Positions 1-10,365 of a stretch of DNA of 64,000 nt are shown piece by piece. This stretch comes from Squalus acanthias. Taxonomy: Eukaryota. The translations under genes were made by a program, and so were the position numbers. The notes under the pieces were generated by a model. The model saw nothing but the letters and a program-made list of their open reading frames with translations, had not been told where the DNA came from and searched no databases. The stretch covers positions 143,158,001 to 143,222,000 of the forward strand of contig CM059429.1 of the NCBI GenBank assembly GCA_030390025.1, read 5' to 3'. Positions within the stretch are counted from its first letter, which is position 1. Every line of letters begins with the position of its first letter.

Positions 1-994
1 GTGTACTGAGGTGTACATTGTACACTGAGGTGGCCAATGTTCAGTTGCTTGTCACCCACAAATCACTCACCTTTTCTGCAAATGGTACTCACTATTTTGG
101 AGATGGGTCTAGATGAAAGTAGGACAAATGCATGTTCAGACCATTATTCACAATATTTGGCGCTGAAAATTAATTGGAGGAAGGGTAACACAAAAGTTGA
201 CAAATACAAATCCATCTTCTTGGAGGAAGCCAGAAAAGAATCCGTATTTTTCACTGTTTTCCCTCTCTTTACCAATAAAAATCTCTTCACAAATCCCCAT
301 CCCATTATTATACGAATCTCTGAAATGACTGAAGTGTTTTGGCAACACACTAATAACAGAGTGAAACTGCCCTTTCTCACTCCCGTAGGTGTGTGGTCTT
401 TTATCCTTGGCGCCTGGGGGGGGGGAAATTCATACCAGAGATTTAAAACATTTTTTTAAAACTTTGAATACAGGCATTTGTGTGATTTAATAATTGTAAG
501 TTGTTAAAGATCAGTCGCAGTTGAGACTGAAATGTTCTGAAAATCATATGTGATATAAAAGCTTAAGACTTAATGTGAAGGAATAGTTCAATGTTGTCAT
601 TTAGTTTATTTGGAGAAGTACAAAAGTATTCTGTATATTTCTCTAATTCTTCAATGTGCTCGGCATTCAAATTTGACAGAAAATATAATTCTGTATGACA
701 GAAAGCATTAGAACTTACAGAGGAGCTTCAGAACGGTTGAAACTATGGGGCCGTTTATTGTTTCGGGGGAATATCGAGCAGGATGTCCACCTCATGCAGT
801 CACCGGGAGGCCTGATCAATTTTCGTGGTCGGGCATCATTAACAAGCAGTCAGTGAGCTGCCAGTGCTAATTGTGCTCCTTATAGGCAGCTCACCGATTG
901 GGAGGTTGGGAAATCCAGCCGGGTAGCTGATTTTGATGAGCCTGTGGCAGCATCTTAAAGAGGAGGGTGGAAGCATCAGGAGTAGCAGTTTATA

Positions 995-1946
995 TTCTCC
1001 TCTGCATGTTGCCCCTCAGCGATATCATTGGAAAACACAGCATCAGTTTCTACATGTACGCTGATGACACCCAGCTCTACCTCACCACCACCTCTCCCGA
1101 CCCCGCCATTGTCTCTAAATTGTCAGACCGCTAATCTGACATCCAGTACTGGATGAGCAGAAATTTCCTCCAAATAAATATTGGGAAACTGAAACCATTG
1201 TCTTCAGTCCCTGCCACTATCTCTGTTCCCAAGCCACCAACTCCATCCCTCTCCCTGGCAATTCAACCAGACTATTCACAACCTTGGTGTAGTATTTGAC
1301 CCTGAGATGAGCTTCCGACCACACATCCATGCCATCACTAAGACCACCTATTTCCACCTCCATAAAATCGTCCGACTCCACCCCTGCTTCAGCTCATCTG
1401 CTGCTGAATCCCTCATCCATGCCTTTATTACCACTGGACTTCACTATTTCAACCCACTCCTGGCTGGCCTCCCATCTTCCACCCTCCGTAAACTTGAGGT
1501 CATCCAAAACTCTGCTGCCCATGTCCTAATTCGCACCAAGTCCCATTCACCCATCACTCTTGTGCTCGCTGACCTACATTGGCTCCAGGTTAAGCAACGC
1601 CTCGATTTTAAAATTCTCATCGTTGTTTTCAAATCCCTCTATGGCCTGGCCCCTCCCTATCTCTGTAATCTCCTCCAACCCTACAACCCTCTGCGATATC
1701 GGCGCTCCTCCAATTCTGACCTCTTACGCATCCCCAATTTTAATCGCTCCATCATTGGTGGACGTATCTTCAGCTGCCAAGGCCCTAAGCTCTGGAATTC
1801 CCTCCCTAACCCTCTACCTCTCTTTCCTCCTTTAAGACGCTCCTTAAAACCCACCTCTTTGACCAAGCTTTTGGTCATCTGCCCTAATATCTCCTTATGT
1901 AGCTCAGTGTCAAATTTTGTTTGATAACGATCCTGTGAAGCATCTT
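995..1946 (+). mobile_element. L2-clade LINE, 5'-truncated (RT C-terminus and 3' region); its tail resumes at 3685-3730
   Basis: YADDTQLY near 1056-1080. ORF 1307-1924 has the L2-type C-terminus (IHAFIT...LLAGLP...QNSAA...LHWL...). The L2 tail aaaggcactatataaatacaagttgttgtt follows the CR1 insertion. Confidence 0.9.
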
Positions 1947-3668
1947 AAGAACATAGGAACATAAGAAATAGGAGTAGGAATAGGCCATTCGGCCCCTTGA
2001 ACCTGCTCTGCCATGCAATAAGATCATGGCTAATCTTCTACCTCAACTCCACTTTCCTGCACTATCCCCATATCCCTTGATTCCCTTAATATCCAAAAAT
2101 CTATCGATCTCTGTCTTGAATATACTCAACGACTGAGCCACCACAGCCCTCTGGGGTAGAGAATTCCAAAGATTCACCACCCTCTGAGTGAAGAAATTTC
2201 TCCTCATCTCAGTCCTAAATGGCCGATCCCTTATTCTGAAACTGTGACCCCTGGTTCTAGACTCCCCAGCCAGGGAAAACATCCTCCCTGCATCTACCCT
2301 GTCAAGCCCTGTGAGAATTTTGTATGTTTCAATGAGATCACCTCTCATTCTTCTAAACTCCAGAGAATAAAGGCCTAGTCTACATATCTCTCCTCATAGG
2401 ACAATCCCCCCATCCCAGGAATCAGTCTGGTTAACCTTCGTTGCACTCCCTCTATGGCAAGTATATCCTTCCTTAGGTAAGAAGACCAAAACTGTACACC
2501 ATACTCCAGGTGTGGTCTCACCAAGGCCCTATATAATTGCAGTAAGACGTCTTTACTCTTGTACTCAAATCCTCTTGTAATAAAGGCCAACATACCATTT
2601 GCTTTCTTAATTGCTTGCTGTACCTGCATGTTAACTTTCAGTGATTTGTGTACAAGGACACCCAGGTCCCTCTGAACACCAACATTTCCCAATCTCTCAA
2701 CATTTAAAAAATACTCTGATTTTCTATTTTTCCTACCAAAGCGGATAACTTCACATTTCTCCACATTATATTCCATTTGCCATGTTCTTGTGCACTCACT
2801 TAGCCTGTCTATATCCCCTTGAAGCCTCTTTGCATCCTCCTCATAACTTACATTCCCACCCAGCTTTGTATCATCAGCAAACTTGGATATATTACAGAAA
2901 ATGCTGGAAATGCTCAGCAGGTCAGGCAGCATCTGTAGAGAGAGAAACGTCAACTCTGTTTCTCTCTCTACAGATGCTGCCTGACCTGCTGAGCATTTCC
3001 AGCATTTTCTGTTTTTATTTCAGATTTCCCTCAGCCACAGTATTTTGCTTTTGGATATATTACATTTGGTCCCCTCATCCAAATCCCTGATATAGATTGT
3101 GAATAGCTGAGGCCTAAGCACTGATCCTTGCGGTACCCCACTAGTTATAGCCTGCCAACCTGAAAATGACCCGCTTATTCCTACTCTCTGTTTTCTGTCC
3201 TTTAACCAATCCTCAATCCATGCTAGTATATTACCTCCAATCCCATGAGCCCTAATTTTGTTTAATAACCTCTTGTGTGGCACCTTATCGAATGCCTTCT
3301 GAAAATCCAAATACACCACATCCACTGGTTCCCCCTTATCTATTCTGCTAGTTACAACCTCAAAAACTCAAACAGATTCGTCAAACATGATTTCCCTTTC
3401 ATAAATCCGTGTTGACTCTGTCCAATCCTATTATTATTTTCTAAGTGCCTTATTACCATGTCCTTAATAGATTCTAGCATTTTCCCTACTACTGATGTCA
3501 GGCTAACTGGTCTGTAGCTCCCTGTTTTCTCTCTCCCTCTTTTCTTAAATAGTGGGGTTACATTTGCTACCTTCTAATCCATGGGAACCGGTCTAGAATC
3601 AATGGAATTTTGGAAAATGACAACCAATGCATCCACTATCTCTATAGCCACCTCTTTGAAAACCCGAT
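1947..3668 (-). mobile_element. CR1-clade LINE, 5'-truncated, inserted in the L2 3' tail
   Basis: Minus-strand ORFs with YLDFQKAFDKVPH, GVPQGSVL, KFADDTK, RPHLEY and RRNFFTQRVVNLWNSLP; cttatgtt-type tail repeats at 1947-1970. Confidence 0.93.
2897..3050. mobile_element. Penelope-type terminal-repeat fragment with a 55-bp perfect inverted repeat, flanked by a 14-bp direct repeat
   Basis: ttggatatattaca at 2883-2896 and 3051-3064; arms at 2894-2948 and 2958-3012. Same sequence family as 62415-62512. The Penelope assignment is by recognition. Confidence 0.7.
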
Positions 3669-3899
3669 GTGGCTATAGAGATAGGACATTTTACTACGTT
3701 AAAGGCACTATATAAATACAAGTTGTTGTTATAGTGGCAGCACTTATCGCAGCATGGAGATAAATATTGGAAGTCCTTAAGGCTCAAAATACACAAGCAT
3801 GTGGAGGTATACATGACATTTGATCACGTGACACCGCTCATGTGATGATTAATCACATGACATTTGCCCACTGTTTGTAAATGTTTTTGCATTTACCTT

Positions 3900-5090
3900 T
3901 CCTGGGATGAGAGGGTTGTCCTATGAGGAAAGATTGAGCCTATACACTCTGGAGTTTAGAAGAATGAGAGGTGATCTCATTGAAACATATAAGATTCTGA
4001 GGGGGATTGACAGGGTAGATGCTGAGAGGTTGTTTCTGCTGGCTGGAGAGTCTAGAACAAGGGGGCTTTGGGCTAGAAATTCAGTATCGCCCCGGTTGGG
4101 ATGCTAAAATTTAAAAAGTTGAGAATTAGCGCCAGGCGCTAATCATTGGCGACGCCCGCGAAATTCGGTGTTAGCGCTCCAGGAAGGAAGTAGAGCGCTA
4201 AATCAAGCACTCCACTTCCTTCCTGGAGCGCTAAAGGATGCAGGCGGGGCGGGGAGGTGCAGGGCTGCACAATGTTCCGTGCAGCCCTGCCACAATCCGA
4301 GCCACCTTCCCTCCCTTAAAGGGAAAGGCCATCGCTGCAGGCTCTGCATTGGGACTAGTTAGCTGGTCCCCGATGACAGCTGCGATCCGGCCCGATCAGC
4401 CCCATGCACTCCAGCAGAGTGCCGGGCTGATCGATCACGGCCGAAGAAAAATGGAAAAAAATTTAAATCATGCATTGCAACAATTTTTCTACTTACCGCG
4501 CCAACATCCCCTTTATCTTGCGCCCTCGAAGCGCCCGGCCTCCCGAACAACACCTCCTGCAGCAGTCAGTGTTGTTGCTGCAGGGGGCGGAACCGAAGTT
4601 TGGGTCCGGGGCGCTACGCAGGACAATGACGTCAAGCTCTCTGGGTGCAGGAGATCGTGGCGCAATGGGTTACCACCACCGCAAACCTCTCGGCCAATTT
4701 AGTGGGCGTCGTTCATTTTGCCGTGCCCGGTAAGTCATTAGTGCCCCCCCCCGAGGCAATAACGGGAGGCGCTAACGAGGCCAATTTCTAGGTCATAGTC
4801 TCAGGATAAGGGGGCAGGCCTTTTAAGACTAAGATGAGGAGGAATTTCTTCACTCAGAGGCTTGCGAATCTTTGGAATTCTCTGCCCCAAAGTGCTATGG
4901 ATGCTCAGTCGTTGAGTATATTCAAGGCGGAGATCAATAGATTTTTGGACTCGAGGAATTAAGCGATATGGGGATCGGGCAGGAAAGTGGAGTTGAGGTC
5001 GAAGATCAGCCATGATCTTATTGAATGGCGGAGCAGGCTCGAGGGGCCGAATGGCCTACTCCTGCTCCTAATTCTTATGTTATGTTCCTT
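3900..5090 (+). mobile_element. CR1 3' fragment split by a GC-rich insertion
   Basis: RRMRGDLIETYKILRGIDRVDAER at 3907-4066. The sequence resumes at catagtctcaggataagg (~4794) and runs to the tail cttatgttatgtt. An extra tail copy lies at ~5260-5370. Confidence 0.88.
4070..4794. mobile_element. GC/CpG-rich non-autonomous DNA-transposon-like element (MITE) inside the CR1
   Basis: Cleanly interrupts the CR1 at ...gggggc|atagtctc. Terminal inverted repeat core ctagaaatt (4073-4081) / aatttctag (4783-4791). No transposase ORF. Confidence 0.65.
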
Positions 5091-5619
5091 AGTATCACCA
5101 AGCCCCGAATAAAATTTGACTTTTTGTTTTATAGTGAAATTAATAACAATTTATAAATCAAAGAACACAATAGAAAGATTTAAGGATGAGTAATGTTCAA
5201 TTAAAAACTACTTGTGATGTTTCTACTGTATCAACCGCAATGAGAAACACCAAGTAAACACGGGGAGCGGGCAGGGAAGTGGAGTTGAGGCCAAGATCAG
5301 ATCAGCCATGATCTTATTGAATGGCGGAGCAGGCTCGAGGGGCCGAATGACCTACTCCTGCTCCTACGTCATAGATTCTACTGATTCAACAAAATCATCG
5401 TCGATATAAGTAACTTCTAACTAAAGTTTTTGTACAATTTTGTGACTTTTTACAATACACAGCAAGTTATAAAAATAATTAATAAAACCAAAACTAAACC
5501 GAATTCAATTCACTGACGCCCACAGCCCAGCACTGAAGCTCAGTCCTCAGGGAGAAGCACCAAAGCTGCCCGACTCCGGTCACAAAACACATTATACAAC
5601 AGTGCACATCACAGGCCAA

Positions 5620-5936
5620 CATGAACTCTCCCTTGCAGTTTGTATTGTTCTCCCTCTCTCCCCAGTTTGTGCTGCTCTCTCTTTCTCTTCCCCTCCCTCC
5701 CTCTCCCATTTTCTGTTGCTCTCACTCCCTTCCCCAGTTTGTTTTGCTTTCTCGCTCACCCTCCAGCAGTTTGTTTCTCCCTCCCGCCATTTGTGTTGCT
5801 CTCTTTCCCTTTTGCAGTTTGTGTTGTTTTCTCTCTCTCTCCCTCCCCAGATTCTGTTTCTTTCTCTCTCTCTTCCACCCCCAGTTTGTGCTGTTCTCTC
5901 GCGCTCTCTCTCTCCCTTCCCCAGTTGCTCTCTCTA
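5620..5936 (+). repeat. Degenerate CT-rich minisatellite (unit like ctctctccccagtttgtgctg, ~30-35 bp)
   Basis: cagtttgt or close variants recur about 9 times, separated by CT tracts. Confidence 0.8.
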
Positions 5937-7014
5937 GACTCACGGAGTTTCCAGGTGATTTTCGTTGGCCCTGATGCCGCCATCCTCACAACCGGCAATG
6001 AGGCAGTGCATTCCAAATAGTGGGGGACCAGCAGGGCACAGACTTGGTTGCAAGCCACGACAGCCAGGTCACTGCGCATGTGCGAACCATGTACTCAAGG
6101 ACCGTTTCTCCCATCACCAGCAGTAGTGCTCAGGAGACCAAGCGCCCGTTCTGGTAGACTCCCGCCCAAAGCAGGAGGGTTGGGAACCCTTCACTGAGCG
6201 CCAGACTGGTTTACAGCTTTCCCTTACTGCAGCTAAGGATCCCTTTAAATACCGCTGGATATGGCCACCTCCTGACCTATGCCGCCAATGGTTTGTGGGT
6301 GGGTTGAGGAACTGGCTATAGCAACAAGGGTCGAGACAACAATGACACCTGGGTGTTAACTTCAGCTTTTGACATCTATTTGCACATATTAATGAGCCTG
6401 TTTCCGGCGGGAGCTTTGGCCACCTAAAATCGAGGTGCACCCAAAAATCGGAACGGCCGGTCAGTCAGCGGTAAATTGGTGGGTTAATCTGCCACGTGAT
6501 TTTGGTCACACAACCACCCCCTTTTTAGGTGTAAATCACCCCCTATAATTGCAGTGTTCTCCGTTATAGCACCAGGGATATAGTTCACTGTGTGTAAAGA
6601 AAAATTATTTTTTAAGCTGTCATAAATCTCTTCAGTTTAGTAAGCGGCATCTTCCAGTAAGAACGACTGGCTTCCTAAGATTAAAAGCTGTTTTCCTAAT
6701 CTTACCAGTAATAGTCTGCAGCTGAGGTCGTTCTTTTAAATCAGACGAGTCAGAGTAAACATTTTTGGCGCAATCTAGACTGCAACAGTAAAGAAATATG
6801 TTGCAAATCAGGATTCAAGACACATGGCTTGCATTCTTTTGATTAGAAAGCATAAGACATGTGCAATGTTAAATAAGGAAATAATATCCTCAATTTCAGA
6901 TTGGTTATTGATTACAGTTTTAAAACTTTTTTTTTAAAGTTAGTTCATCATGTCTGGATCGCTCCAAAACCAATCCCCCTGCCCTGTCCTTGTATCTTCC
7001 TCAAATATTTATCA

Positions 7015-7170
7015 CGTTGCTGTTTGTGGGAGCTTGCTGTGTGCAAATTGGCTGCTGCATTTCCTACATTACAACAGTGACTACACTTCAAAAATACATC
7101 ATTGGCTGTAAAGTGCTTTGGGATGTTTGGTGGTCGTGAAAGGCGCTATATAAATGCAAGTCTTTCTTTA
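7015..7170 (+). mobile_element. 3' fragment of a Deu-domain SINE with an L2-like tail
   Basis: Reverse-complement match to 56965-57090; ends aaggcgctatataaatgcaagtctttctt. Confidence 0.75.
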
Positions 7171-8413
7171 AAAGATGCAATGGTCTCGGCCTCAACCATT
7201 CCCTGTGGCAAAGTGTTCCATCCTCCAACTGCCTCTGTCTAAAGAAATTTCTCCTAGTTTTTTTTAATGCCAATTTTAAATTGATGGCCTCTCATCAGTG
7301 ATTCACCAACCAAAAGAAAGTCCTTCCCTGTTCACTCAATCAAAACCCTTAATAATTTTAAAAACCTCTATTAAATCTCCACTGCTCCAATAATATGTTG
7401 TGACATAGGGGTGCATCTGCTACCAGTGTGACAAATCTGTCCCACATGAGCTGTGCTGAATGATGCTGGCAGTTTGGTGCAAATTAGTGTTGAATTACGG
7501 GCGGTTGTGTGATCTGGACTTGCATCCACTAAGTGACTTGAGGCTGACCAAACTAATTTCACTTTTGTTTGGTTAGCTGGGTGTCTGATGCAGAAATCAA
7601 TTACAACACTTGTCAGCAATTTGGTTTGGAGACTGTTAAGTCCACAAGTAATTTTCCTTTGCCTGATGTGCGCACTCTCTCCTATAGGGACACACCTCAT
7701 TTATCCAAATCCAGCAAACTCCGTTGCAATCGGTCATGGCCAGCCGTGTCATCTTGGAGTTAATTCAACCCTAAAGAGTCTCTGTTTACCTACTGTTAAT
7801 GAGGAAAGTCATTAGACAGGTGGTACACCCTTGGTAGACAGAGAGCAGGTACCAGGAAAACTCTCAAGTGGCATGTTGAGCAGCACAACTCACTGTAAAT
7901 TGTACACATGGATTGTGAGCATCCTTGTAACCACTGCTGGCACAAACCATTCCCCATCAAATGATGGTTCCAACAGTTAAAAATGAGGAACTTGAATAGT
8001 GACTGCAGTCTCTCTGCAACCCAATCACCGTAGGCACTAAACCCTGAATATATGAGCATGTGTCTTCATACTATGCCGCAGGGAAAACCTTCCAGTGGTG
8101 TTGTCTCAGTCATCTGAGTTTACTCTGATATGTATTGTACTTGCATATTGGTAAATGAACACTAGAGGGCTCACTAATGGGAGCAAGTGTTTTGTAGGAA
8201 CTGCACTCCAGGGTCTCATCTTTTATTGAATGCTATGTCTAGAAAGAATGTTAGAGAGTCTGAAATAAAAGTACCAGTTACATTGCCACAACAACTATCA
8301 GATGCAACAGTTGGTGACCAGGATAACGGGCAATATGTTAAGGTCAAATTTGGACATTTTTTTTTAAAACTTAGGCAGTGATCAACCTTATCACTGCAAT
8401 TTGTTTTATCTCA

Positions 8414-8712
8414 TGGCAGCATTAGTTGGAAAAATTGAAAAGTATCGTATGGGGTCTAGCTAGAGTGAGTTTGTAGAAAGTCCATTTTTATTTTGAGGCA
8501 AACAACAGATGTTGAAAAGAGAGCAGTTTTGGTTACCTGCAACATATACATTAATTAAGAATTTGATTGTTCCTGCCCAGCCTAAAGACAAAACATATGG
8601 GGAGTTGGTCCAAGAGTCCAAAGAGCATCTGAGCCCGAAGCCACTTGTTATTGCGGAATGGTTCCAGTTTAACCAGAGGAAGCAAAGTGATGATGAAAAT
8701 GTTTCTCAGTTC
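8414..8712 (+). mobile_element. Decayed Ty3/Gypsy-type LTR retrotransposon gag N-terminal fragment
   Basis: TYTLIKNLIVPAQPKDKTYGELVQ...HLSPKPLVIAEWFQFNQRKQ resembles the Gypsy gag motif (L..L..P.KP..K.F..L...L..H..PKP..IAERF.F..R.Q). Truncated by a MITE-like end at ~8712-8778. Confidence 0.7.
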
Positions 8713-10275
8713 GGGCGAGCGGCACAGCTGTTCCGCCGACTTTGCGCCCGTTTCAGGCAGAAGTCTAAAATTACCCCAAAGGCCTCTTTACAAGCCACCT
8801 TAAGGATTCTGTGAGTGAGTGCGTGAATTTGTATCAAATTAAGGGCACTCTCAAGGAACTGGGGCTGCTGAAATTAATTTCACATTCTTTACAGCCAGCA
8901 GAGGAATTGCACTTTCACATCACTGTGGCACTGAATCCAAATCCAGCCACAGAGGTTAAAAGATGGTGTGCTAACCCTCTGTACCACCCAGTTCTCTCCA
9001 AGACTCTTTTAGCTGAATTTATTACGGCCTTTTTTCACCGAGACTGAATTTATGTAAATCCCTGCATTCAACTGTTCAGTTTATGATACACAACCACATT
9101 TTGTAATTCTTTGTCATAGCAAAAATTATGCTCTGTATTTCCTTCCTGCAGGAAAATGCAGAGCTAAATCATTTTGAAAGGTAGCTGAAATTTTTCCAGA
9201 AAGAGAAATATAATTCTAGAAAAGAATAAAAGAAATACAAATTCAAAGAGTCAGTCAATGAAGCACACCAGGGGGGGGGGGGGAGAATTGCTCTGCTCGC
9301 TGTGTGCAGCTACGTCATAAATGTATTCAAAATGTAGCTGCCATGACACCACACGCAACGAGCAGAGCACATACCTTCCCACTGTGCTCTTCCCCGACGA
9401 GGGTGATGGGAGTGTCGTGTTCTTATATCTGCTCTTGCAGCAGCTGGCTCCTTCAGTTCAGCATTTGTTACATGCTTTGGTTGGATTGCTGTTAAAATGC
9501 AGAGATGAAGCACAGTGCTCTCTGTCCATCAAACTCATTTTCAAAGTGTAAATTTCCCAATCACATCACAAACAATGTAACCTCACTGCAAGCACGGATT
9601 ATATAATTGTTAGAAAATATTATCTTAAGGGATGCATAAATCTGCAGGTAATTTAAAAGCAGAAATTTTGCAAATATATACAAAAATAACCCTGCCATAT
9701 TTATACAAACCTGAGCAAGACAAAGTCTGGTTTCTGAAAACCTGCCTGCTGAAGGCCATTAACTTTAGAGTCCATTGATTCTGTCTATCTAAGATTGGAA
9801 TGCTGCCACCCAGAAGAGAGCCTGTATACATGTTTATAGCCATGTACAGGAATCCCATCATGGTCATTAAATTTTAGAAGTTTTGAAAACACGTGTTGGA
9901 GTGTTCACCCTCACTAAAGACTTGCATCAACTCCAGGTAAGTTTAAAAATACTCAAGAGATCCAAGTGATCTGCTGAAAACTTTTGAAGCCAAGGTTGAT
10001 ACCACATTGGTATTTTAAGTCGGGTGAGACTGCCTCTCCAGGAGTTCCCCAGTCTTTGCTCACTTTGCAGTAAAACATATCCTTAGATTTATTTAACTTT
10101 CTCACCAGGGTTACTGGAGTCTCAATTATATTTAAAAAAATCAATGGAGTAACATGACACTGAGGATAATATTTAGACGATGAACATGGTTGATCTGAAC
10201 CTATGAGATAATAGATTTTATTACATTTGGGACGATTTACTATGAGAGTAATAAGAACATCTATCATTTTTACAG

Positions 10276-10365
10276 CGCTTGCGGAAGAAAGAGCAAGACG
10301 AATATTCGGGCCTCAATTTTAACAAAAGGAACCAGGACACAGAGGCTGGAATTGGAGCGAAACGG
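10276..10365 (+). CDS. CD247: CD247 (T-cell receptor CD3 zeta chain) internal coding exon, RLRKKEQDEYSGLNFNKRNQDTEAGIGAKR; second half of ITAM1
   Basis: tttttacag acceptor, 90-nt phase 0/0 exon, gtatt donor. The translation parallels the mammalian exon [27 protein letters not shown] (xL-x7-YxxL). Confidence 0.88.

Noticed and set aside
37-459. 140-aa ORF at the window start
   Set aside because: No recognisable domain or splice context.
5494-6079. Several overlapping 70-126 aa ORFs
   Set aside because: Artefacts of the CT-rich minisatellite (low-complexity translations).
6636-6656. Possible CD247 micro-exon FSKRHLP (ttcag / gtaaga), resembling the start of the mammalian FSRSADAP exon
   Set aside because: Only 21 nt and lacks the Tyr needed to start ITAM1; could be chance. 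The transmembrane exon and the first half of ITAM1 were not confidently found and may lie upstream of the window.
8250-8342. Candidate CD247 exon ending ...DQDNGQYVK
   Set aside because: Poor acceptor and weak donor (gtcaaa); splicing would give YVKRL rather than a YxxL motif.
9880-9945. Strong donor CAG/gtaagt upstream of the first CD247 exon found
   Set aside because: The upstream frame has no tyrosine or CD247 similarity and there is no convincing acceptor.
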